DNA of 64,000 nucleotides from an uncultured Clostridia bacterium (GTDB lineage: Bacteria; Bacillota; Clostridia; TANB77; CAG-508), in NCBI GenBank assembly GCA_934120395.1, contig CAKOTZ010000002.1:33645-97644 (forward strand). Direction: 5' to 3'. Positions 51,650 through 63,060 of this stretch are shown one piece after another. The notes under the pieces are model-generated. The model searched no databases, was not told the DNA's origin, and worked only from the letters and a program-made list of their open reading frames with translations. Position 1 is the stretch's first letter, and each line of letters starts with the position of its first letter. The position numbers and the translations under genes are program-made.

Positions 51650-52199
51650 TATTTACATACTTTTCATATACTTCATTTAAATTTTCTCTTGTAATTGTGC
51701 TTTCAACACCATAAACTGCCACCATTCTAAAAATTTCAGTTAGCATATTGTATATTTTTGGATTTAGAATATCCGTATCGCTTCTTTGATTCCAATATTC
51801 CATTGGTGTTGAATCATTCCAGTTTTTGCCTGAATAATTCATAGATGCAGCAATTTTATCACATATCATTTCTGCAACATATACATATGGAATTATAGGA
51901 GTTTTATTTTTTGCAAACTGATCATACCAGTATGATGGATGATGCTTGTTTCTACCTCTGTGATGTAATTTAGCTTTTGAATATCCTTCTTGCTCAATGC
52001 ATGCAAGTATTGGGCTTCTGTCGCCCTGGTAGTATTTTACACCTTCCCAAAATTCAACTGGTGAATATTTAGATAAATCATGTACTAAGCCTCTCCAAGG
52101 AATTCCCGCTCTACAGCATAGTTTGAATACTAACCACCTATGTTTGGTTATAGTTTTTAAATGCAATATAAAATTTTTTATCATTTCTCTTTTGTTCAA
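51618..52199 (-). CDS. Conserved hypothetical protein (His-rich; possibly DUF5662), co-transcribed with the radical SAM gene
   Basis: 193 aa. Overlaps the downstream gene by 32 nt. Confidence 0.45.
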   Translation of the reverse strand: MNKREMIKNFILHLKTITKHRWLVFKLCCRAGIPWRGLVHDLSKYSPVEFWEGVKYYQGDRSPILACIEQEGYSKAKLHHRGRNKHHPSYWYDQFAKNKTPIIPYVYVAEMICDKIAASMNYSGKNWNDSTPMEYWNQRSDTDILNPKIYNMLTEIFRMVAVYGVESTITRENLNEVYEKYVNNEGEGNVKEL

Positions 52200-52388
52200 G
52201 GTAATAATATTATACCTTCAAACTTTTCCTCCTTATTTCTTATAACTCGGCTTATTATATCATTGTCATTATTTGATTGTAAAGTCTCTTTTTTGACAAA
52301 ACATTGCTAGCATACATTCTTTTAGTTGTTATTTCTTCATTTCAATGTTATACTTATGTACATAATTTATTTGAAGGGAGTTTTTAAT

Positions 52389-52850
52389 ATGAACCCATAC
52401 ATGGAAAAAGCACTTAATCAAGCTAACTTTGGCTGGACACACAAGGAAGGAGGCCCATTTGGTGCTGTAATTTTAGACAAAGAAGATAATGTTCTTAGTG
52501 TCGCTAATAACCAAGTAATTTTAAAACATGACCCTACTGCACATGCAGAAGTTCAAGCTATTAGACAGGCTTGTGAAAAACTAGGTACTCATGATTTAAG
52601 TGGTTGCACACTATATACATCTTGCGAACCTTGTCCAATGTGTTTATCAGCCATTATTTGGGCTAACATCAAAAAAGTATACTTTGGTTGCACCAAAAAA
52701 GATGCAGCAAATATTGGCTTTCGTGATGATATGATTTATGAATATCTTAAAGGCAATAAAGAAGATGTTTTAGAGCTTATTCCTATGGATAGAGAATCTT
52801 GTATTCAAGCTTTTAATGATTTCCATAAAGATAAGGGACAATTATATTAA
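52389..52850 (+). CDS. guaD: Guanine deaminase (CDA-fold nucleoside/nucleobase deaminase)
   Basis: GGPFGAVI...DPTAHAEVQAIRQAC...CTLYTSCEPCPMCLSAIIWA closely parallels B. subtilis GuaD. RBS GAAGGGAG before MNPYM. Confidence 0.8.
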   Translation: MNPYMEKALNQANFGWTHKEGGPFGAVILDKEDNVLSVANNQVILKHDPTAHAEVQAIRQACEKLGTHDLSGCTLYTSCEPCPMCLSAIIWANIKKVYFGCTKKDAANIGFRDDMIYEYLKGNKEDVLELIPMDRESCIQAFNDFHKDKGQLY

Positions 52851-52854
52851 AAAG

Positions 52855-52885
52855 ATAAAAGCTTCAGCAATCTGGAGCTTTTATT
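52855..52885. terminator. Bidirectional terminator between guaD and sigK
   Basis: aaaagcttcagcaatctggagctttt: 11-bp stem (one G-U pair). Confidence 0.55.
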
Positions 52886-52895
52886 ATGTATAAAA

Positions 52896-53594
52896 TTATT
52901 CTTTTATTTCTTTTGCTAGTTTATTAATTGCTTTTGTTTCAATTCTAGATACATACGATCGACTTATTCCCAATATATCCGCAATTTGATTTTGCGTTTT
53001 TGGCTTTTGTCCATAAAGTCCATATCTCCATTCCAATATTAACTTTTCCCTCTCTTTTAATACTGCTGACATCTTTTCATATAATTTTTTTATTTTTATT
53101 TTTAAATCAATTTCATCTTCTATATTTCTTTCTTCATTTTCAAGTACATCAATTAATGATACTTCATTATCATCTTTGTCTTTTCCAATTGGTTCATTCA
53201 AAAAAACTTCTGCTCCTAATTTCTTTATACTTCTTAAATACATTAATACTTCGTTATCAATACATTTAGAAACATACGTTGCTAGTTTTACTCCTTTATC
53301 TGAATTAAAGCTATTTATTCCCTTGATTAAACCAATTGTGCCAATTGATATTAAATCGTCATTATTTACATTGGTGCTTGCATATTTTTTGCATACATGT
53401 GCAACTAATCTCAAGTTCCTTTCTATAAGTATATTTCTAGCCTCTTCATCACCTTGGCTGTATTTCTCTAGGTATAGTTTTTCTTCTTCCGGCGACAACG
53501 GTTCTGGAAACAAAGTATTGTTTGTTATAAATCCAAACATAAATACTGTTGAATTTAGAAAAGTCAACAAGCCAGATATAGAAATAGTTAGCAT
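52896..53594 (-). CDS. sigK: Pro-sigma-K (mother-cell late sporulation sigma factor), intact with no skin-like insertion
   Basis: Hydrophobic pro-sequence MLTISISGLLTFLNSTVFMFGFITNNTLFPEPLSPEEEK aligns with B. subtilis pro-sigK (YVKNNAFPQPLSSSEEKK). Sigma-70 regions 2 and 4 present. RBS GGAGGTG. Confidence 0.85.
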   Translation of the reverse strand: MLTISISGLLTFLNSTVFMFGFITNNTLFPEPLSPEEEKLYLEKYSQGDEEARNILIERNLRLVAHVCKKYASTNVNNDDLISIGTIGLIKGINSFNSDKGVKLATYVSKCIDNEVLMYLRSIKKLGAEVFLNEPIGKDKDDNEVSLIDVLENEERNIEDEIDLKIKIKKLYEKMSAVLKEREKLILEWRYGLYGQKPKTQNQIADILGISRSYVSRIETKAINKLAKEIKE

Positions 53595-53769
53595 AAACAA
53601 GCACCTCCATTTGAACTATACTTTAATATATGTATAGTTTTTTATGAAAGTGCCTGACCCTTAATATTTCTTTTTCAATAATTTATATTTCAAATTTTGG
53701 TTATTCCCTCTTGTTTGTATAGAATAATTTTGATATAATTTGACTATATTAATTCTTAGGAGGTAATTT

Positions 53770-54120
53770 ATGGCTTTAATTAGACCTTGTGCTGATTTAC
53801 GTAATAATTATAACGAAATTTCAAAAATTTGCCACGAAACAAATGAACCCATGTATATTACAAAAAATGGTTCAAATGACCTTGTCGTTCTTAGTGATGA
53901 AGCTTATGCAAATTTAGTTAACATTTATACAGAAACTGAAGAAGAACGTATTGACAAACTTGTTGCTGAACATTTTGATAAGCATTATGCTTCATTTGAA
54001 GAATTTCAAAAAGATATTTTACAAAAAATTGACCTTGCTCTTAAAGATATTGAAAACGGCAACTATCGTCCTATGGAAGATTTTTGTGCTGAAATGGAGG
54101 AGAAATATGGAATACAATAA
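53770..54120 (+). CDS. Phd/YefM-family type II antitoxin
   Basis: MALIRPCADLRNNYNEISKICHETNEPMYITKNGSNDLVVLSDEAYANL. RBS AGGAGG. Confidence 0.75.
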   Translation: MALIRPCADLRNNYNEISKICHETNEPMYITKNGSNDLVVLSDEAYANLVNIYTETEEERIDKLVAEHFDKHYASFEEFQKDILQKIDLALKDIENGNYRPMEDFCAEMEEKYGIQ

Positions 54121-54418
54121 AAAATATTTAATATCCCCTTCTCCTTCATTTGAGCAAGAATTTATAAACATCTACAATTATATTGCTTTCACTCTTAACT
54201 CTCCTAATTCTGCCAACAAACTTTATCACCAAATTACAAATGCAATATATTCTTTACAATATTATCCCGAAAGATATACAAAAATTTTAACTTTGCAAAA
54301 CCTCAGAAAATTGACTATACTTAACTATGTTATTATCTATAAAATAAATAATAATTCTAATCAAATTTTTATTCTACATATTTTCCATAATACACAAAAT
54401 TATTTCAAATTTTTATAA
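54107..54418 (+). CDS. RelE/ParE-family type II toxin
   Basis: 104 aa beginning MEYNKKYLISPSPSFEQEF... Overlaps the antitoxin by 14 nt. The track ORF 53951-54418 carries a spurious 5' extension. Confidence 0.65.
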   Translation: MEYNKKYLISPSPSFEQEFINIYNYIAFTLNSPNSANKLYHQITNAIYSLQYYPERYTKILTLQNLRKLTILNYVIIYKINNNSNQIFILHIFHNTQNYFKFL

Positions 54419-54419
54419 A

Positions 54420-56426
54420 TTACGCCATTACTTCTTCTTTGTCTTTAACTAACTTACAAATTAACTCTGCTGATTTTTCAACGCCAACAATGTCACTGTT
54501 AATACATAAATCGTAATTTTCTCTATTGCTCCATTCCTTTTCAGTATAATATTTATAATGATTTGCTCTTAATTTATCAATTCTCTTTATTTCCTTTTCA
54601 GCCTTGTCTTTATCTAAGCCATAAATTTCTGTTGCTCTTTTTATCTTATTCTCCATATTGCTATAAATAAAGATTTTTAATACATTTTTCTTGTCTTTTA
54701 AAATAAAATCTGCACATCTACCAACAATAACACAAGATTCATTGTCAGTAACTTTCTTTATTAGTTCTGCTTCTTTAATGAATAGTTCATCTGAGTTGTT
54801 TAATCCAGAATAATATCCATTGTTTAATGTTGCTAATACATTTCTTTTTTGTTCATTCTTTTCAATATATTCTTCTGATAGACCCGTTTCTTGAGCAATT
54901 TGTGTTATAAATTCCTTGTCATATAATTTTATGCCAAGTTTATCTGCAACAAGTTTTCCAACATATCTACCACCTGAACCATATTCTCTAGCAATTGTTA
55001 TAACAACTTGATTTTTCAATTCACCTGTAACGCTGCTATTTTCAGCAGTTTCAGCTTTACTTTTACTTTTTTGCCCATTTAATTTTTTAATTTCCATAAC
55101 AAGTAATGTACAAGCAATAATAAATGCTAATCCGTCAGCAAAAGGTCCTGCATAAAGAATACCTCTTATGCCAAACATACTTCCAAATATAATCATTGCT
55201 GGAATTAAGAATAACACTTGTCTAGACAATGACAATGTTGCACTTTTTCCACTCTTTCCAATTGCTTGAAAGAATATTCCTGCAGGTATCTGTATTCCAT
55301 TACAAATACATAGCATTAAATATGTTCTAAATGCTATACATGCAAATTGCATATATAATTCTTCTCCACTACCAAATATAGATATAAGCTTATCTGGAAT
55401 TGTTTGGAATAAAATAAATGCAAATGTACTAACTCCTAAACTCATTCCTAATACTAATTTTAATGTTTTCTTTACTCTATCAAACTTACCTGCACCATAA
55501 TTATAACCAATAATTGGTTGTGAACCTGCTGCCATTCCTATTATAATGCTGTTTAAAATCTGACTTATTTTCATTACTATACCAATTACAGTAATAGGAA
55601 TTTCAGCTCCATATTCTGATTGTGCTCCATATTTTGCAAGCAAATTATTTTCGCAAGCCATTACTAGCACAATACTAATTTGTGTAATAAAACTACTAAC
55701 TCCAAGTGTACATATCTTTTGTGATACATTTACTCTTAGCTTAAACTCTTCTTTTCCAAGTTTTATAGATTTAAACTTTTTAATATATGCTATATTTAAC
55801 ATAAAAGTTAATATTTGACTTATAACTGTTGCAATAGCTGCTCCCTCTACTCCCATATTAAATACAAAAATAAATATTGGATCTAAAATAAGATTTAATA
55901 CAGCTCCTGCAATCATTGATATCATTGAGTATTTTGGATTTCCGTCAGCTCTGATAATAGAGTTTAATGATGTTCCAACCATCATAAATGGTAAACCAAT
56001 CGCTATGATATATCCATAGCTCAATGCATAATCTCTTAATACATCTGTACAGCCAAAAACATTTAGTAATTGTGGTAAAAACAATAATACTGAAACACAT
56101 AAAATTATTGAAACTATAACTGCTAATATTATACCGTTTCCAACACCCTTACTTGCTTCGTCTTTCTTTTTTTCTCCTAATTTTAAACTCAAATAAGCAG
56201 ATGTACCATCACCAAACATTAATGCAAATGCTAATGCAACCATTACTAATGGAAACACAACGTTTGTAGCTCCATTTCCTAAATAGCCTACTCCCCATCC
56301 AATAAATATTTGGTCAATAATATTGTACAAGGAATTTACTAATAAGGAAATAATGCAAGGTACTGAAAATTTTAACATTAATCTACTTATTTTTTCTTTC
56401 CCTAAAATGTTCTCTTCTTTTTTCAC
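54420..56426 (-). CDS. MATE-family efflux transporter fused to a C-terminal cytidylate-kinase-like (Cytidylate_kin2) domain
   Basis: 668-aa single ORF. aa 1-450 form a 12-TM MATE fold. aa ~470-668 read VVITIAREYGSGGRYVGKLVADKLGIKLYDKEFI... (P-loop kinase-like). Confidence 0.75.
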   Translation of the reverse strand: MKKEENILGKEKISRLMLKFSVPCIISLLVNSLYNIIDQIFIGWGVGYLGNGATNVVFPLVMVALAFALMFGDGTSAYLSLKLGEKKKDEASKGVGNGIILAVIVSIILCVSVLLFLPQLLNVFGCTDVLRDYALSYGYIIAIGLPFMMVGTSLNSIIRADGNPKYSMISMIAGAVLNLILDPIFIFVFNMGVEGAAIATVISQILTFMLNIAYIKKFKSIKLGKEEFKLRVNVSQKICTLGVSSFITQISIVLVMACENNLLAKYGAQSEYGAEIPITVIGIVMKISQILNSIIIGMAAGSQPIIGYNYGAGKFDRVKKTLKLVLGMSLGVSTFAFILFQTIPDKLISIFGSGEELYMQFACIAFRTYLMLCICNGIQIPAGIFFQAIGKSGKSATLSLSRQVLFLIPAMIIFGSMFGIRGILYAGPFADGLAFIIACTLLVMEIKKLNGQKSKSKAETAENSSVTGELKNQVVITIAREYGSGGRYVGKLVADKLGIKLYDKEFITQIAQETGLSEEYIEKNEQKRNVLATLNNGYYSGLNNSDELFIKEAELIKKVTDNESCVIVGRCADFILKDKKNVLKIFIYSNMENKIKRATEIYGLDKDKAEKEIKRIDKLRANHYKYYTEKEWSNRENYDLCINSDIVGVEKSAELICKLVKDKEEVMA

Positions 56427-56595
56427 CTTTTTCTCCTCCTTATTTTAAGCATAAAAAGACAACACCCTTATTTTGTGTTGTTCGTTAACATTATTTTATA
56501 TAATGTATGTTTCGTTTCCAATATTACCAAAATTTCTATTGTCTTATTTTTGCCAGTTTTGCTATTTTACACTATTTTTATCAGTTTGTCAATGC

Positions 56596-57114
56596 TTACA
56601 AAGGCAATTCGTCTATATTGTGTACAACATGGTACATATTTCGGTCATTTTCATTTGCAAACTTTTCCTTAAAAATTTTTTCTAACATATCAAGCAAATT
56701 ATCAAAGTATCCAAACATATTTACAATTACAAGTTTGCAATGATGTTCATCTGCCCTTTTCGTTTCAATTGAACATAAAATTTCATACAAAGTTCCAATT
56801 CCACCCGGCAAAAATATAGCCATATCACAATTTTGCAACATATAGTCTGTTCTTTGCCCAATAGTATCTGTTATAAGCTCAATATTCTCCGTACTTTTAA
56901 AATAATGTAAATGTGCCTTTGGAATAGCACATTTTACCCTATCTTTCGCTTTTTTCAAAAATGGATTATAAATACTTCCTATTAAACCTACATCACTTGC
57001 ACAGCAATAAATTTCGTGTTCTGTATTTAAAAGCTTTTCACCTAATTTCTCAGTTTCTTTTATGTACTTTTCTGGTATATTTTCGCATGCTGAACCAGCT
57101 ATAAATATTTTCAT
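56596..57114 (-). CDS. LOG-family (TIGR00730) cytokinin-riboside 5'-monophosphate phosphoribohydrolase-like protein
   Basis: PGGIGTLYEI motif; Rossmann-like. Confidence 0.75.
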   Translation of the reverse strand: MKIFIAGSACENIPEKYIKETEKLGEKLLNTEHEIYCCASDVGLIGSIYNPFLKKAKDRVKCAIPKAHLHYFKSTENIELITDTIGQRTDYMLQNCDMAIFLPGGIGTLYEILCSIETKRADEHHCKLVIVNMFGYFDNLLDMLEKIFKEKFANENDRNMYHVVHNIDELPL

Positions 57115-57145
57115 ACTTCCTCCCTTTGTATAAAAAGCAAAGAAC

Positions 57146-58732
<1,587 letters not shown>

Positions 58733-58970
58733 CTATCGTCTCCTTTTTACTTGTTATATTAAACCATATTTTGACTAAAATGTAAATATTTTTATAATCA
58801 GATGCACTATTTTCTATATTTTTACAACATCGGTAAAAATATAATTAATAAAATATCTCAATTTGCTTATACTATTATCGAATAAAATTTAAAATTTATT
58901 CATTTAAGTGTTTTTTAATATTAATTTATTTTAAAACATGAGCTTGTGTCGTATGAGGGGGTTATTGAGC

Positions 58971-59159
58971 ATGGCAGAAAAATCAAGCAAAAGTGTTATG
59001 TCAGAAGCTTTGAAAGAAGAAATTGCCAAAGAATTAGGTGTTTATGAGCAAGTTAAAAACGATGGCGGTTGGAGTAATGTTTCTTCTAAAACCTGTGGTA
59101 AGATTATAACCAAAGCAATTGAAATTGCAAACCGTAATGTTGAGGAAAAACAACATTAG
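58971..59159 (+). CDS. Small acid-soluble spore protein, alpha/beta type
   Basis: MAEKSSKSVMSEALKEEIAKELGV...GGWSNVSSKTCGKIITKAIEIA. RBS GAGGGGG. Terminator at 59205-59234. Confidence 0.8.
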   Translation: MAEKSSKSVMSEALKEEIAKELGVYEQVKNDGGWSNVSSKTCGKIITKAIEIANRNVEEKQH

Positions 59160-59204
59160 CGTATTTTCTTTTTCCTTTAGTTTTATTTAACACTTATCAA
59201 AAAA

Positions 59205-59234
59205 GACTAGAAATCGCAGTTTCTAGTCTTTTAT
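59205..59234 (+). terminator. Rho-independent terminator after the SASP gene
   Basis: agactagaaatcgcagtttctagtct followed by ttttat. Confidence 0.7.
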
Positions 59235-59427
59235 ATTGCAATACAAATGCGCAACTTATAGCAATATTGCTATAGTTATTATAGCATTTATGCTATTCTA
59301 TGTCAAACTAATTTTTTATACCTCTTCCCCATATAATAGTTTTGCATAAAACAAGATTTTTGTGCAAGACCAAGAGAAGGAAGCTTCTCTTCGTCTTGCT
59401 ATAATAAAACAAAGGGAGGAAATTATT

Positions 59428-62400
59428 TTGGATAAGAAAAAAATAATATCATCAATAACATTAGCTGGAATGTTGGCAACAAGCGTTGCAGGTTCTGGAG
59501 TATTTGCTGCAGAAACATCTGACCCAGCAACAAAAGCATTAGGAGAATACTCAAAATTAATCACAGGAAAAGTAGCAGTTCCTTTCATATTACAATCTGA
59601 AACAGATAGAGTAACAGGAAAAGACGTAAAAGCTTCTTTCAAAAATGCAACAACATTTACATTCAATTCATCAGCATTAACAGATGAACAAGTATTAACT
59701 ACAGGAGATGTAGTATATGTAAATGGAGAACCAAGAACAATAGTAATATATGGAGATACAAACTGTGATGGAAAAATCAATATAATGGATGCCGTTACAG
59801 TATTAAATCATGTAAAAGGAAAAACAACATTAACAGATGCAGCATTTGCAGCAGCTGATTTAAACAACAATGGTTCATTAAACATATTAGAAGCAACTGG
59901 AGTATTAAATGTTGCTAAAGGTAAAGCTGATTACCAAAACATTGCAACAGCTCCTACTGTTGAAGTTTCTGTATTAAAAGATGTTGAAATTAGTTCTGGT
60001 AAAATTAAATTAACATTTGACATGAATCCAGATGGATATTCATATAAATTATCTAATAAAGATGGAAGAGTAAGTGGAACAATAATTACAGATTCAAAGA
60101 AGGACACTAATACAGGTTTATATGTAAAAGAAATTTCTGCAGCAACAATGAATAAAAATGACAATGATTATACAATTGCAATATTAGATAAAAATGGAAA
60201 TGAAATTGCATCAAAAACATTTACATATAGAGAAATAAAACCCGTTACAGCAATAGATGCTGGTAAGGGAATTGGTTCAGAAAATGTAAAAGCATTTTCT
60301 GTAAAAGTAAATTTGACAAATTACAATGAGGTTGCTACAAAAGTATTAGCAACATTAAGTGATGGAGAAAAAACAATTGAAACAACAGCTAATTTACCAG
60401 CTAATACAGTTGCAACAGAATTAAATTTTGGAGATGTTAGTGCATTAAAAGATGATGAAAATATAAAAATTAAAACAAAAATTGTTGATGCTGATGGAAA
60501 TTACATTGAGGATACTTTAGATAAAAAAATCATAAAAAAAGTAGAAGCTCCTAAAATATTTGTAGAAAGTACTAGCCGTACAGGAACAAATACTGGAAAA
60601 GTAACTATTAAAAAGACAGCTGCAGACACAGTATATGTAATAGCTAAAAAAGCTGGAGAAACAGCACCAACAGTTGCTGAATTAAAAGAGAGTGCAAATA
60701 AAATTGAACCTACAGATACATTCGCTAATGTTAATATAACAGGCGATGCATACAAAGTATATGTGTTAGCTGTAAATCCACAAGGTACACCTTCTGAAAT
60801 TGTTGTAGCTGACATTGCTTCTTCAACAGCAGAAAAACTAACAAATGTTACAAATCTAAAGATGGATGCAACAAATGGTGTAGCAACATGGAAAGATACT
60901 AATACTAATAAGGTAACCGGATATACAGTACAAATATTAAAAGGTAGTGAAATAATTAAAGAAACAACTGTAAATGAAGCCAAATATGATATTTCCTCAA
61001 TTGCTAAAGAAAACGGAGATGCTACTTATACAGTTAAAGTAAGAGCAAATGGTGATAATACTACAACAGCTAATTCAGAATATGAAACTGCAAAAGGTAG
61101 TGGTTATATAGTAGATCCATTAGAGGTTACTGAAGCAAAATTTGTAGAAGGTATAGTATCATGGAAAGATGTTGATGCTAAAGCAGCTGAAAAAGTAGTT
61201 GTTAAATTATATAAAGTAACTGAAATGAAGAGTGCTGCAGAGATTAAAGATAAAAAATTAGTAAAAGAAGTAAATTGTGCTAATAACACTTATTCATATG
61301 ACATGAATTCTGTAATGAAAGCAGAGGGAAATGGAAGATATGTTGCAACTGTTACTTTAATAGCAAAGGCAGATGAAGCTGAAGTTGATTCTGATGAAAC
61401 TATTGCTACAGGAACATATTATATTGCACCTGCTGTAACAAATGTAAAAGCCACAGCAACAGATAATACTATTACTGTAAGATTTGCTCCAATAGATAAT
61501 ATTGTTGGATTAGATGAAAATTACAAATTAGTATATAGTTCTTATAATGAATCAGATGATACTTGGAGCAGTGAAAATGAGGTTACAATTTCAACAACAG
61601 CAAGCGATGAAAATGATAAAAAAGAATTTACAATAACTAATGCTACAGCTTCTACAAAATACAAATTTAGTATTCAAACACGTAAAGGGACAACTGTTTT
61701 AGCAGAAACATCTACTATGGAAGTTAGCACAAGTGCAACATTAGTTAAAGGCTTAAATGATTATTATACTTTTAAAGATATTTCAGCTAAAAATGCTAAA
61801 TTAGAGACTGATAAAACACTAGGAATTAATTATGAAGGCGAATTGATGATTAAACGCCCTTCAACTACTGCTGCTGAAAATGTTGATACAGCTCCTAATG
61901 CTGCTGAAATTAAATCAGTTATTAAAATGTTAAAAGATGGAGACAAAATTTTAATTGATGCAAATGGAAAAGTAAGTGCAATTGAAATAACTGCAAGTAG
62001 TAGTGTTGATAGAACTGTTAACCTTGGAACTGCTGTAAAAGATGCTGCATTAACAATTAAAGCAAAGGCAAATTATAATGTAATTGTTAATGGTGAAGTT
62101 AAATCAGTTACAGTAGAAAAAGTTACAGGTGAAACTTCTGAAGGAAAAGCTGATTTAGTTGGTTTAACTGTTACAGATAAAGTAACTGTAGAAGATGCAA
62201 CTGTTGATGTAAAAGCTGGAACTACAGTAAATGCGAAAAATGCAACAATAAATGGTGTATTTATTAAGTCAGAAAAAACAAAAGCTCCAGATACTAAAGT
62301 AGTAGTACCAACTGAATTAGTTGCAAACTCAGCTAATGAATTAGCAATTAAAGCTGATAATACAACAACAGTTACTTTAAAAGCTGATGCTGATAAAACT

Positions 62401-62910
62401 GTAAGATTTAATGGAACACAAGGTGATGTTACAATTGCTGATGGTAAAAAAGAAGCTACATTAACATTAAAAACAGATGCTGATTCTTCAATTGGAACAT
62501 TAGCATTAAATTCAGCAAAAACAACTGTAAATATAGTTGATGCTTATGTTACATCGAATTTACATATAACTGCAGGAACTATTGTTACAGATGCAATAGT
62601 TAATGATACAAAAAAGAATATAAAGGTTACTCCAATCACAGGAAATGCAACAGTTGAATATACAAAGGACAGTAGTGGTAAAAATGATATTACAAATATT
62701 TCTGGAAATGTAAAAATTGAATTAACTGGATTAGACGGTATATCTGAAGCAATAACTACAGAAACAAAATTAGAAAAAGATATTAGTGTGGTTGTTGTTA
62801 ATGAAGGTGTTAATGCTACATATAATACACCAAAAGCTACTACTGCAACAGGACATGATGGAGAAATGACAATAACATTAACAGCTGGAACAATTACACT
62901 TAATAGATAA
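59428..62910 (+). CDS. Giant secreted Ig/FN3-like repeat surface protein with N-proximal type I dockerin module; probable TTG start
   Basis: RBS GGGAGG 8 nt before the TTG at 59428. Signal peptide KKKIISSITLAGMLATSVAGSGVFAAE. Dockerin duplicated calcium-binding loops DTNCDGKINIMDAVTVLNHV / DLNNNGSLNILEATGVLNV. Then ~1000 aa of beta-rich repeats. The track places the start at 59362 (GTG). Confidence 0.8.
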   Translation: MDKKKIISSITLAGMLATSVAGSGVFAAETSDPATKALGEYSKLITGKVAVPFILQSETDRVTGKDVKASFKNATTFTFNSSALTDEQVLTTGDVVYVNGEPRTIVIYGDTNCDGKINIMDAVTVLNHVKGKTTLTDAAFAAADLNNNGSLNILEATGVLNVAKGKADYQNIATAPTVEVSVLKDVEISSGKIKLTFDMNPDGYSYKLSNKDGRVSGTIITDSKKDTNTGLYVKEISAATMNKNDNDYTIAILDKNGNEIASKTFTYREIKPVTAIDAGKGIGSENVKAFSVKVNLTNYNEVATKVLATLSDGEKTIETTANLPANTVATELNFGDVSALKDDENIKIKTKIVDADGNYIEDTLDKKIIKKVEAPKIFVESTSRTGTNTGKVTIKKTAADTVYVIAKKAGETAPTVAELKESANKIEPTDTFANVNITGDAYKVYVLAVNPQGTPSEIVVADIASSTAEKLTNVTNLKMDATNGVATWKDTNTNKVTGYTVQILKGSEIIKETTVNEAKYDISSIAKENGDATYTVKVRANGDNTTTANSEYETAKGSGYIVDPLEVTEAKFVEGIVSWKDVDAKAAEKVVVKLYKVTEMKSAAEIKDKKLVKEVNCANNTYSYDMNSVMKAEGNGRYVATVTLIAKADEAEVDSDETIATGTYYIAPAVTNVKATATDNTITVRFAPIDNIVGLDENYKLVYSSYNESDDTWSSENEVTISTTASDENDKKEFTITNATASTKYKFSIQTRKGTTVLAETSTMEVSTSATLVKGLNDYYTFKDISAKNAKLETDKTLGINYEGELMIKRPSTTAAENVDTAPNAAEIKSVIKMLKDGDKILIDANGKVSAIEITASSSVDRTVNLGTAVKDAALTIKAKANYNVIVNGEVKSVTVEKVTGETSEGKADLVGLTVTDKVTVEDATVDVKAGTTVNAKNATINGVFIKSEKTKAPDTKVVVPTELVANSANELAIKADNTTTVTLKADADKTVRFNGTQGDVTIADGKKEATLTLKTDADSSIGTLALNSAKTTVNIVDAYVTSNLHITAGTIVTDAIVNDTKKNIKVTPITGNATVEYTKDSSGKNDITNISGNVKIELTGLDGISEAITTETKLEKDISVVVVNEGVNATYNTPKATTATGHDGEMTITLTAGTITLNR

Positions 62911-62975
62911 TGTGTAAATTTCATTAAATTTACTTCAATATAATTCTTTTAATTTAAGAAGTTTAAAGAAATAAA

Positions 62976-63012
62976 AAAAAGAGAGTAAGCAATTAAGCTT
63001 ATTCTCTTTTTA
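62976..63012. terminator. Bidirectional rho-independent terminator between the convergent surface-protein genes
   Basis: aaaaaaaagagagtaagcaattaagcttattctctttttat. Confidence 0.7.
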
Positions 63013-63060
63013 TACTTTAAACTTCTTAAATTTGAAGTAATATTTAAGTAAATACTAAAA

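Noticed and set aside
59316-59780. 154-aa minus-strand ORF and other antisense ORFs (59931-60164, 60501-60983, 61104-61289, 62544-62924) within the dockerin surface-protein gene
   Set aside because: Antisense to a long, strongly supported secreted-protein ORF. Hydrophobic nonsense translations typical of AT-rich antisense frames.
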